A stretch of 40,178 nt of DNA. It comes from an uncultured Oligoflexia bacterium. GTDB taxonomy: Bacteria; Bdellovibrionota_B; Oligoflexia; Silvanigrellales; Silvanigrellaceae. The translations under genes were made by a program, and so were the position numbers. The stretch covers positions 1 to 40,178 of the forward strand of contig CAYSZE010000248.1 of assembly GCA_964435255.1 (NCBI GenBank). Direction: 5' to 3'. This document shows positions 1 through 9,006 of this stretch, piece after piece (positions within the stretch are counted from its first letter, which is position 1; every line of letters begins with the position of its first letter). Below the pieces are notes generated by a model. That model worked only from the letters and a program-made list of their open reading frames with translations. It was not told where the DNA came from and ran no database searches.

Positions 1-1
1 T

Positions 2-238
2 TCTCAGAGTGGCAATATAATTGTGGACTACTTATTTTTAGAACCATTTCTAATGCTTGGTGTTTCTGGCGGGAGAAATTTTAAAGCTAGTTTAGGAGGA
101 GGGTATCATTATACTTTTCCCTATAAAGTAACAACCTATGGGGCTACACTTTTATCAGATCCAGCTCAAGCAACAATTTCAGGAATCATGATTACATTTC
201 TTATAAGTTTTGGTGACTTTAGCAATGGTGGTAAATAA
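2..238 (+). CDS. C-terminal part of a hypothetical protein, possibly an outer-membrane beta-barrel; 5' end lies outside the window
   Basis: Frame is open from base 2 (SQSGNIIVDYLFLEP...). Alternating hydrophobic beta-strand-like segments (FKASLGGGYHYTF, GIMITFLISFG). Confidence 0.5.
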   Translation, partial: SQSGNIIVDYLFLEPFLMLGVSGGRNFKASLGGGYHYTFPYKVTTYGATLLSDPAQATISGIMITFLISFGDFSNGGK

Positions 239-240
239 AT

Positions 241-1275
241 TTACACACGAATTAAACTTCCGCCCCAAGTAAACCCAGCGCCAAAGGCAACAGTTAGGAT
301 AAGATCACCTTTTTTTATTTTTCCTTCTTCAAGTGCTTCACTAATACATATAGGAATGGTTGCAGAAGTTGTATTTCCATACTTATGTATATTATTAAAT
401 ACTTTATCTTGTGGAAGTTCCATTTTCTCACGCACCATTTCACTAATTCGTAAATTTGCTTGGTGTGGTATTAAACAGGCAATGTCATTAGCTGTAATTT
501 TATTTCTTGCCATCAATGTTTCAGCAACTTCGCACATACGACTTACTGCATGTTTAAAAACTTGTCGTCCTTCCATTTTAGGATGCCAATCACCAATTTC
601 ATATGTTTCAGGACTTAAAAAACCTTTAGTTGCAGTACCAGGTGAGCGTATTAATAATAATTCAGCTCCCACACCATCACTTCCTAATATGGTATCAATC
701 ACCCCAGAGTAATGATTTACTGCTGTTGGTAGCTCTAATTCAGAGCTCTCACATGCTTCACAAATGACAGCGGCCGCGCCATCACCAAATAAGACAGCAA
801 CATTTCTGCCATTGGTAGTGAGATCAAGCAATTTACTTTGTACATCTGAAAAGACTAATAAAATTCTTTTATATTGCCCGCTTTTTATCATAGCATCCGC
901 TAATTGAGTCGAATAAACAAAAGCACTGCACTGCACACGGATATCTATAGCAGGAATAGGAGGGAACCCTAATTTATGTTGAACAATTGGGGCAATTCCT
1001 GGAAAATAAAAATCAGGCGACAATGTTGAAGCAATAATATAATCAAAATCTGATGGTTTTAAATTTGCTTGGGCTAATACTTTTTTAACCGCTTCAATTG
1101 CAAGATCAGAAGTGGCAGTAGGCTCTTCTACAAAGCGCCGTTCTTTAATTCCAGATCTTTCCGTTATCCAAGCATCGTTTGTGTCCATTAATTTACTCAA
1201 GTCATCATTTGTAACTCTCCCGGGCGGAAGATATCTAGAAAAATGTGTCATCACTGTCTTAAATTGTTTTGCCAT
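241..1275 (-). CDS. fabH: 3-oxoacyl-ACP synthase III (FabH)
   Basis: Motifs WITERSGIKERR, catalytic Cys in QCSAF, LFGDGAAA, HQAN, YGNTTSATIP and GAGFTWG. Start moved to ATG 1275 (MAKQF) because GAGGAG lies just upstream. Confidence 0.93.
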   Translation of the reverse strand: MAKQFKTVMTHFSRYLPPGRVTNDDLSKLMDTNDAWITERSGIKERRFVEEPTATSDLAIEAVKKVLAQANLKPSDFDYIIASTLSPDFYFPGIAPIVQHKLGFPPIPAIDIRVQCSAFVYSTQLADAMIKSGQYKRILLVFSDVQSKLLDLTTNGRNVAVLFGDGAAAVICEACESSELELPTAVNHYSGVIDTILGSDGVGAELLLIRSPGTATKGFLSPETYEIGDWHPKMEGRQVFKHAVSRMCEVAETLMARNKITANDIACLIPHQANLRISEMVREKMELPQDKVFNNIHKYGNTTSATIPICISEALEEGKIKKGDLILTVAFGAGFTWGGSLIRV

Positions 1276-1439
1276 GCTTATACTCTCCTCTAGCAACCAT
1301 GACGTTCCTAACCTAGGAAGCTTATCATGGCAAATTTAATTAAATGTGCAAGATATAGTTATATTCTGACATAATAATTTAGCCTTCTGGCCACTAAGTT
1401 TATGTCGTTTAGAATATAAGATTAAAATTAGGAATTTAT

Positions 1440-3236
1440 ATGCTAAAACAATTAAATATTCAAAATTTAGCAATTGCAGAAAACATATCAGTAACTTTTA
1501 AAAATGGTCTGAATGTCATTACTGGTGAAACAGGAGCAGGAAAATCTTTACTGGTCGATGCCATGAGTTTATTAAGAGGTTGTAGAGTAGATACACACCT
1601 TATTCGTACAGGCCAAGAAAGTGCTTTAATTACAGGTATTTTTTGTCCATTTAGTCATAAAAATTCCATTTACAATATATTAGAAGAATTGGGTATCCCC
1701 TTATTTGCTGATGACCCAGAAGAAATTATAATAAAACGTTTCATTCACCGAAATGGAAAGCATAAAGCTACTGTAAATGAAACAATTGTTAGCACAAAAA
1801 CTCTACAATATATAGCTGGTGAGCTGATAGACATTAGCAGTCAATTTGAAAACCAAAGACTGATGGATATAGAAACTCATACATATTTTTTAGATGAATT
1901 AGCAGACAATTCTGATATTTATAAAGAATATATTCAATCATATCAATTTACTCATGAGAAAATTAAACACATAAAAACTTTATTCCAAGAACAAAATTTA
2001 CTGAAAAGAGAAAAAAATTTATATGAATTTGAGTTGTCACAAATAACTAGTGCAAATATTAATTTTGATGAATTTAAAAAATTAGAAGATATTATTTTAA
2101 TTGGTAATAAATCAGCTGTTGCCAGAAGAAGTTGCCAAGATATTATTGCAAATTTAAGCCAAAACGACTCAAACTGTCTCGATATTTTAAAATATACAAG
2201 AAAAAATTTAGATAAACTAAACAAAAGTAACTTAAATACTCACTTTCATTTATACTTAGAACAACTTAATTCAATCATCTTCATGGTTGAAGAGTTATCA
2301 CATAACATTGAATTAACCTCTGAAAAATTCAACATAGATGAAACTAACTTATATGAATCTTTACAACGAATGGAATCTTATAATAAAATTTTACAGAAAT
2401 ATGGCCCCTCTTTAGAAGAAGTCTTTGAATATAAGAAACAGTGCGAAATATTTCTAAGTAAAGCCATATCAATAGACGATGAAATTCAGATAGAAATTCA
2501 AAAATGTATGGAAGGAATCCAAAAAAGTATTCAGTTAGCAAATATTCTTACTCAAAAAAGAAAAAACAAATTATCATACCTATCAGCAGCTATTGAAAGA
2601 GAATTGTGTGAATTGGGAATACCTAAAGCAAAGTTTTTTTGTGAATTAAAAGAAAACAATAAATCTTATGACTATTCTGAATTTAGTTCTGTAACTTTCC
2701 CAAAAGATTTTCTAATTTGTTTAAGTGAATTTCAAAATTTAACAAAACTAGGTGCTGAAAAAGCTCTTTTTCTTTTATCAACTAATTTAGGAATAGATGT
2801 TCAGCCGATAGATAAAGTTGCTAGCGGTGGTGAATTATCAAGAATTATGCTTGCTATAAAAAATATACTATTTGGTGATAATTCAATGAGTGTTTTTGTC
2901 TTTGACGAAATTGATTCTGGAATCAGCGGATATATTGCGACAAAGGTAGGGAAAAAATTAGTAGATTTCTGCCGTGGTTCTCAAACTCATTTTAATAGAC
3001 AAGCAATTTGTATTACGCATTTACCACAAGTTGCTAGTTTTGCACAAAGCCATTTCATTGTTGCAAAAGAACTCAAAAACAACAAAACTGTAACTAAAAT
3101 TACTGAAGCAACAGAAAATGAAAAACTAAATGAAATAGCAATTTTATTATCTGGAGAAGAAATTAGCCAAGAAAGTCTTGCTCAAGCTAAGGTTTTAATC
3201 CAAGAAGCTCAAAAAAATATTTTGCAATTTTTTTAA
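1440..3236 (+). CDS. recN: DNA repair protein RecN (SMC-like ATPase)
   Basis: Walker A GETGAGKS, long coiled coil, signature ASGGELSRIMLA, Walker B FDEIDSG, CITHLPQVA. Confidence 0.95.
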   Translation: MLKQLNIQNLAIAENISVTFKNGLNVITGETGAGKSLLVDAMSLLRGCRVDTHLIRTGQESALITGIFCPFSHKNSIYNILEELGIPLFADDPEEIIIKRFIHRNGKHKATVNETIVSTKTLQYIAGELIDISSQFENQRLMDIETHTYFLDELADNSDIYKEYIQSYQFTHEKIKHIKTLFQEQNLLKREKNLYEFELSQITSANINFDEFKKLEDIILIGNKSAVARRSCQDIIANLSQNDSNCLDILKYTRKNLDKLNKSNLNTHFHLYLEQLNSIIFMVEELSHNIELTSEKFNIDETNLYESLQRMESYNKILQKYGPSLEEVFEYKKQCEIFLSKAISIDDEIQIEIQKCMEGIQKSIQLANILTQKRKNKLSYLSAAIERELCELGIPKAKFFCELKENNKSYDYSEFSSVTFPKDFLICLSEFQNLTKLGAEKALFLLSTNLGIDVQPIDKVASGGELSRIMLAIKNILFGDNSMSVFVFDEIDSGISGYIATKVGKKLVDFCRGSQTHFNRQAICITHLPQVASFAQSHFIVAKELKNNKTVTKITEATENEKLNEIAILLSGEEISQESLAQAKVLIQEAQKNILQFF

Positions 3237-3284
3237 AAATAAACATATAAAGAATACTTAATTAATAAATACTCAATCTTTTTC

Positions 3285-3312
3285 TTGATCCAACAATTTA
3301 TTCTGGTATTAT
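3285..3312 (+). promoter_or_regulatory. Putative sigma70 promoter with extended -10 for the 3365 gene
   Basis: TTGATC-N16-TATTAT with TG just upstream of the -10 (TGGTATTAT). Confidence 0.45.
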
Positions 3313-3364
3313 ACAAAACAAAATACAAAAAATAAATAGAAATATAATAAAAAGAGAGAATTAT

Positions 3365-3886
3365 ATGAAAAAATTACTTATAATAAGCTCAATACTCGTA
3401 TCTAATTATTCTTATGCATCAATAAATATAGAATTAGAAAATAATACGAGTGAAACAATTTTTTATAGTAGTAAAAAAACAGAACTAACAAGTTCAAAAG
3501 AATCAGCATATAAAAATAATTTGTTAGAGCCAACAGAAATTGCTGAATTACCAAAAACAAATCAATTCATATTTAACAATTATATGATTGAAATAAAAGA
3601 TTCTTTTATCTCATGTGCTTGGATTAATTTTCTAGGACATAAAAAAGAGCAGGGTAGGGGTATAAATATTTTTATAAACTATCAGTTGATTGGAACAATT
3701 TGTGCAAATAAAACAAATATTCTAACAACAAAACCAAAGGCTAAAATTTCAATTTACAAAGACTTCGCAAATAATATAAATTTTCGTTTTGTAAATACTG
3801 GTTGGTGGCCTGAGGACAATATCTTTCCATCAGACATAAATATAAATTTAACTTATGCCGTTTTAAGTTTAGGAGGGGATCATTAG
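3365..3886 (+). CDS. Hypothetical secreted protein
   Basis: 173 aa ORF with a Sec-type signal peptide (MKKLLIISSILVSNYSYA). No family recognised. Confidence 0.7.
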   Translation: MKKLLIISSILVSNYSYASINIELENNTSETIFYSSKKTELTSSKESAYKNNLLEPTEIAELPKTNQFIFNNYMIEIKDSFISCAWINFLGHKKEQGRGINIFINYQLIGTICANKTNILTTKPKAKISIYKDFANNINFRFVNTGWWPEDNIFPSDININLTYAVLSLGGDH

Positions 3887-3891
3887 TAATA

Positions 3892-4566
3892 CTAATGATT
3901 ATTTTGTTCTAATTTCTTTTTTGCATTTCTTAATAAGATTGCCCTTTCATTGGCAAGCCAACTACCATCTATTGAGGGTTTAAAAAAATACTTATTTTTA
4001 TTAGGTTCTTGAAAATTTGAATCTGTAGTTGTATTTTTCTTTTTCTCAGCATTTTTAATATTTTGTAAAACATCTTTTATTTTTTTATCAGTTTCATTTT
4101 TATTTTCCTTCTTAGTATCATTTTTCTTTAATTTTTCTAGTGCCAATCTTAACAAGATTGACCTTTCATTGGCAAGCCAACTACCATCAATAGAAGGTTT
4201 AAAATAATCTGCCCGTTTTTCTCGCTTTAATGATTTTTGTAAAAAAATGCTTTCTGTTTCTATGTAACTACCATTGCCATAATATTTATAAAGAGTTAAT
4301 TTTTCTTCCTTCGAATTGTCATCAAAATTTTTCCTAACATTATATAAATATACAACCTGATTTTTTTCAAGCAACTCAAATTCGCAATATTTTTCCTCAC
4401 AATATCCACATACTGCATCAATATTACTTAGTAATTTTTTATTTTTCTCCAAATAATTTTTCATAAATAACAATATCTCATTTTTTTCTAAATCTTTTTG
4501 TTCTAATGAATAGGAAAAAGATTGTGATAAAAAGAAACAAAATGATAAAATGTACTTTATTTTCAT
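3892..4566 (-). CDS. Hypothetical secreted protein with a CxxC motif and a duplicated 22-aa motif
   Basis: Signal peptide, AGGAGG RBS, CGYCEEKYC, two copies of FKPSIDGSWLANER(S/A)ILLR. Confidence 0.75.
   Translation of the reverse strand: MKIKYILSFCFFLSQSFSYSLEQKDLEKNEILLFMKNYLEKNKKLLSNIDAVCGYCEEKYCEFELLEKNQVVYLYNVRKNFDDNSKEEKLTLYKYYGNGSYIETESIFLQKSLKREKRADYFKPSIDGSWLANERSILLRLALEKLKKNDTKKENKNETDKKIKDVLQNIKNAEKKKNTTTDSNFQEPNKNKYFFKPSIDGSWLANERAILLRNAKKKLEQNNH
3935..4204. repeat. Intragenic ~51-bp direct repeat (3935-3985 and 4154-4204)
   Basis: AAGATTGcCCTTTCATTGGCAAGCCAACTACCATCtATtGAgGGTTTAAAA versus AAGATTGaCCTTTCATTGGCAAGCCAACTACCATCaATaGAaGGTTTAAAA, offset 219 nt (in frame). Confidence 0.95.
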
Positions 4567-4830
4567 TCTAAACCCTCCTTGGTTTTTCTAGATAATAATA
4601 AGTTATTCAGAAAATATATTTCAACAATTATAGTAACTAATGAAATCTTCAATTCACTAAAAAGTAAAATATTTTTATAAAAAATTGTTTGTTATTCAAA
4701 ATGACATTGTACTATTTTAGACACACTTTTAAATTCAAAACCTAATACTCTAGTATAATTAAAAATTAAGTTATTTACTATCTATTGCAATAAAAATAAT
4801 GTACTAGGCTAAAGAATAAAACAAATTGGT

Positions 4831-4868
4831 TCTCTAGTAAAAATAATGTAAAGAATTTTTACTAGAGA
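4831..4868. repeat. Perfect 14-bp inverted repeat in an AT-rich intergenic region
   Basis: TCTCTAGTAAAAAT-N10-ATTTTTACTAGAGA. Confidence 0.85.
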
Positions 4869-5366
4869 TTTCCGTTTAATATAACAATACTACTTTTAAT
4901 AATATTATAATTATATCTTTGTTTTAATTTTTGTAAAAATCATAAAATATTTAACTACAACACTAAGTTGTTTTTAGAGGAATCTGTAATTCTATATTTT
5001 AATGCTTTCTGTAATTTATTACTGTCACGCTAGTTTTATGCAATACAATTTTATTATTTTGAATTTGCTTTAGTTATTTATATTTTTTGTCTGTATTTTA
5101 ATTACTTTAATTCAATAATAAATTTAAAATATTAGTACATAATTTTATTATAATATAATTTATTATATATATTATTTATTAAAAAAATCATTTACATTTC
5201 TTTCTATTAAAATATAAATGAAAAATTTATTAAAATATTATTTATATAAGCAAATTATAACAACAAAAACTAAGTAAATAAACAAATATTGCAATTATAT
5301 AAACTATATAATATAAAAAATATTCTAATATGTCATTTGTCTTGTGTAACTAGTATGGAGTTATTT

Positions 5367-5921
5367 GTGAAAAAATCATTATTTTTAGGATCTTCTCTAT
5401 TTTTAACATTTTCCAATCATTCTTATGCAAATGATATTGGAAATTTTTTAAACTCAAAATTAAATTCAAGTTTTCATAGCGAGAAAATAAATATTGATTC
5501 AGGTTGTCAAATGAGAAATCCTTTTAGCGGAAAATGCATTCTTTTTTGGACGCAGTATAACGAATATAATATATCACGTGGTCATGCTGTTAATTCGTAT
5601 TTATCTCAAGAACAAACAGCTGGTAGCATTATAATTCCTATTACATGCCATATCATTAGACATAAATTAGATGGAGCGACAAATCCCGATTCTAAAAACG
5701 GTATTAAAACTGGTGAAGAAAATTATTCAGCAAGTTATAATATTAATTTTGATTGGTATGTAAATAAAAATCCATTTGATAACAAACAAACTTTTTATAT
5801 ATATAACGCTGTTAAACTTTCTTTTGTTTCAGGTATAAGAGATAATAATTATGCAGATGAATATTGTTCAACTGAAATTACTAATGCTATTAAAAATTTA
5901 AACGGCTTACCAATTGACTAA
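5367..5921 (+). CDS. Hypothetical secreted protein
   Basis: Likely start is GTG 5367 after GGAG (5357-5360), giving signal peptide MKKSLFLGSSLFLTFSNHSYA. Four Cys in the mature part. Confidence 0.7.
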   Translation: MKKSLFLGSSLFLTFSNHSYANDIGNFLNSKLNSSFHSEKINIDSGCQMRNPFSGKCILFWTQYNEYNISRGHAVNSYLSQEQTAGSIIIPITCHIIRHKLDGATNPDSKNGIKTGEENYSASYNINFDWYVNKNPFDNKQTFYIYNAVKLSFVSGIRDNNYADEYCSTEITNAIKNLNGLPID

Positions 5922-5932
5922 ATAGTCAATTG
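5911..5932. promoter_or_regulatory. 22-bp near-perfect palindrome, operator-like
   Basis: CAATTGACTA-AA-TAGTCAATTG, overlapping the stop codon at 5919-5921. Confidence 0.45.
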
Positions 5933-5970
5933 AATAATGCCACTAAATATAAAGATCAGCAGCTCCCTCA

Positions 5971-6002
5971 CGCTTGTAAAATTATTAACAAGCGATTTTT
6001 TT
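5971..6002 (+). terminator. Probable intrinsic terminator of the 5367-5921 gene
   Basis: CGCTTGT-N10-ACAAGCG followed by A then a T7 run. Confidence 0.6.
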
Positions 6003-6175
6003 ATAATTTTTATTACTTATATTTAGCGCTTGTACAATAATTTTTTTAAAATAATAATTGGTTTTTGCTAAATATTGTCTTTATTCGTCCTTATTTTTCA
6101 ATTATACAACAGCATTATAATTTAATTTATTGAATTATTAACCTATTTTTAAAAACTTTATCCTAGAAAGTCTTT

Positions 6176-6478
6176 ATGAAGTATTTAATTAATATAATTT
6201 TATCTATTTTCTCTGTTATTTTTATAGTTTCTTGTAAAGAAGGTAAATCTCGTGCAGAAGCACAAAGAAGAATTAATGAATCAGAAATAACTATTTATGC
6301 CAATAACTGCCCAGATATTTTCCAAAACAACTTAAAGTGTTACAAGATAATTGATAAAGAAATTAAATTTAATTTCTCTATGAAAGGATCTTTTTTTGGT
6401 TGCCATAAATATAGTATTTTTTGTTCACCTCAATATGTGCAATCTGATCCTAAAATATATACCTTCACTCTAAAATAA
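6176..6478 (+). CDS. Small hypothetical lipoprotein
   Basis: MKYLINIILSIFSVIFIVS-C lipobox. Four further Cys. Confidence 0.7.
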   Translation: MKYLINIILSIFSVIFIVSCKEGKSRAEAQRRINESEITIYANNCPDIFQNNLKCYKIIDKEIKFNFSMKGSFFGCHKYSIFCSPQYVQSDPKIYTFTLK

Positions 6479-6580
6479 AAGGCTAGGTTTGCTTCTAAAT
6501 TCTTTACAGCAACTTTTTATGCCAACTAAACCTACTAAGTATTTTTCAAATATTTTATTTACTAAATAAGTAGAGCTTAT

Positions 6581-7792
6581 TCATCCCTCATGAAAATCGA
6601 GGGATGAATAATTTGTCTCTCTCAGAGAAAATAAAGAGAACACTCCTATAATAAAAATAATTAAAGCTGACATGACTAGTCCTATCCAAATTTGCTGAAA
6701 TTGACTTGCCATCCACGGCACAAATGCATTCATAATAACCAATGAACAACGCGCTAAATTTGAAATTACTGATGAAGCAATATTTCTTTGGTTTGTACCA
6801 AAACTTTCCGCAGCAAATACCATAAAAATACCAGCGTAGCCACTTGCTAAACCAATTAAAAATAGAATGACATAATACAATTGTATAGTAAGAAGATGCC
6901 CCATTGAAAACATACAAATTGCTAACAACATAATAAACAATGCACTAAATATTGATTTTTTCCTACTTGCTGTTAAGCGAGCGATATAAGGAAAAAAGTA
7001 AGAACCTACAAAAGAACCAACAAAATAAACAGCTAAAGAAAATCCTTGGCTGATAGTTTCTTTAATGCCAACCGATTTTGCCACTTCTGGTGCAAAATTA
7101 ACAAAGAAAGCCATGAACCAGAAAGGAACTATAGAAAGTAAAAAAGCAAGTAATTTTGTAAATGAACTTTTATTTAGTAGTAATAATTTTAAACTACCTC
7201 TTACCATATGCGTTTTACTTTTCACATTTTGAAAAATGATAGAATCAGCAACAGAAATTCTGGCAAGTAAAAGAATAAGACCAGCTACGCCGCCAACTAT
7301 AAATAAAATTTTCCAATGAAAAAAGGATCCAATAAATGCAGCGAGCATACCACCCACTACACCAGAAGAATAAATAACACCAGCAGCTCTTGCTCGCGCT
7401 TTTGTACTTAGCAACTCGCTTAATAAAGTGATAGAAGCTGCAAATTCACCTGCTAAACCAACGCCAGCAATAAAACGTAGTAATGCAAACATACTCACGT
7501 TGGTTGCAAACGTATTTAAAATAATTGCCACGGAATAAATGAATATACCAAGCCTAACAGCAGACATACGCCCAAATTTATCGCCCCAAATACCACTTAA
7601 TATACCACCAACGACAACACCAATTGCTTGCGCATTAAACATTAAAGCACTCACTTTAAGGTAATCTTGTTCAGCAACACCAAGAGATTCCAAGACAGGA
7701 ATTCTAACAACGGCAAAAATTGTTAAATCGAAAAAGTCAATCATGTAACCAATTGCTAGAATAAAAATAATAAAATTAGTATTGTTTTTCAT
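6581..7792 (-). CDS. Major facilitator superfamily transporter, last gene of the men operon
   Basis: About 12 TM segments, motif A GIWGDKFGRMSAV, RFIAGVGLAGE, acidic TM1 (DFFD). 11 nt downstream of menE. Confidence 0.9.
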   Translation of the reverse strand: MKNNTNFIIFILAIGYMIDFFDLTIFAVVRIPVLESLGVAEQDYLKVSALMFNAQAIGVVVGGILSGIWGDKFGRMSAVRLGIFIYSVAIILNTFATNVSMFALLRFIAGVGLAGEFAASITLLSELLSTKARARAAGVIYSSGVVGGMLAAFIGSFFHWKILFIVGGVAGLILLLARISVADSIIFQNVKSKTHMVRGSLKLLLLNKSSFTKLLAFLLSIVPFWFMAFFVNFAPEVAKSVGIKETISQGFSLAVYFVGSFVGSYFFPYIARLTASRKKSIFSALFIMLLAICMFSMGHLLTIQLYYVILFLIGLASGYAGIFMVFAAESFGTNQRNIASSVISNLARCSLVIMNAFVPWMASQFQQIWIGLVMSALIIFIIGVFSLFSLRETNYSSLDFHEG

Positions 7793-7803
7793 TTAAATAT
7801 TTC

Positions 7804-9006
7804 CTAATTTGCAATATAAATTCCTTCACCGATACAAGCTGAAAGTTGTTTTTTTTTCAATTTACCTAATGCTGTTTTTGGCAAATGATCGATAAAATAA
7901 AGTTTTTTAATTCTTTCAAATGGATAAACTCTATTATTAAATTCTAATATCAAATTTGCTATCACATCATTTTTGAGATTACTATTTTTATTTTCTAAAA
8001 CAACCGCTATAATATTTTGTAAGCGTACATCAAATTCACTTATAATAGCTGCTTTATTATTAAAATTGTGCTTTAGTAAAATGTCATTAAATAAATGCTC
8101 TAATTTATTTAATGAGACACTTTCACCACTTATTTTAACAACATCATCACTTCTTCCAATGATTTGTAAATACTGCCCTTGAATATAGCCTAAGTCTGAA
8201 GTTAACAGACAACTTAATAACTGCCCAGCAATTTCAGTTTTAATTTTTGGATCAACAAAATAATTTCGTTTTTTTTCAAACTTAATATAACCTGTACATA
8301 ATGAATTACCTTGCAGTATAATACGGTTTTCATTATTTAAATAGACTTGCATATGACTAAGAATTTTTAATTTAGGAAATTCATTAAAATTTTCCCATAC
8401 TGTCTTCATCTCTGATGTTGCAATTTGTGATGCTGTTTCTGACATCCCATAACTTAAAAGAATGGGCCAATTTAGTTTTTTAGCTGCTTGATACACAGCA
8501 AAAGATAAACTACCCCCACCTACAATTACGGCTCTTAAATACTTGGGTGCACATAATTTACGAATAACTATGTCATAAATTTGAGTAGGAACTAATGAAG
8601 TGATAGTTATTTGTTTACATTCTAATAAAGAAACAAATTCAGGAGCATCCCATTTTGTTTGGTATTGAGAACAGTCAATAAGTTTTGCTGCACTTAAATA
8701 AGCTCTTGCATAGGTTGCAAGTCCGCCAATATGGAAAATAGGTAACGGGTTCATAATAATATCATTAGATGATATTTCTAAATGCTTATTTACAGAAGCA
8801 GCACAATTTAAAATAGCTTGCTTATTTAACGCTACGAGTTTTAAATCGCTCGGATCAAGTGCTGTTGAACCAGATGTCGCTAAAAACACATGTTCACTTA
8901 AATCATATTTTTCTATAATTTCTTGTATATTTATTTCATACTGTGGCATAGCTCTAGAATTTAAAAATATATATGACTGTTTCGATAACCAATCAATGGA
9001 ATTCAT
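7804..9006 (-). CDS. menE: o-succinylbenzoate-CoA ligase (short MenE)
   Basis: ANL motifs TSGST, LPIFHIGG, YGMSET, TSDLG, GRSDDVVKISGE, LPKTALGKL. ATG at 9006 forms an ATGA overlap with the menC stop. men context. Confidence 0.85.
   Translation of the reverse strand: MNSIDWLSKQSYIFLNSRAMPQYEINIQEIIEKYDLSEHVFLATSGSTALDPSDLKLVALNKQAILNCAASVNKHLEISSNDIIMNPLPIFHIGGLATYARAYLSAAKLIDCSQYQTKWDAPEFVSLLECKQITITSLVPTQIYDIVIRKLCAPKYLRAVIVGGGSLSFAVYQAAKKLNWPILLSYGMSETASQIATSEMKTVWENFNEFPKLKILSHMQVYLNNENRIILQGNSLCTGYIKFEKKRNYFVDPKIKTEIAGQLLSCLLTSDLGYIQGQYLQIIGRSDDVVKISGESVSLNKLEHLFNDILLKHNFNNKAAIISEFDVRLQNIIAVVLENKNSNLKNDVIANLILEFNNRVYPFERIKKLYFIDHLPKTALGKLKKKQLSACIGEGIYIAN

Noticed and set aside
3935-4204. 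CRISPR array
   Set aside because: Only two copies, 219 nt apart, in frame within a CDS, with no cas genes.
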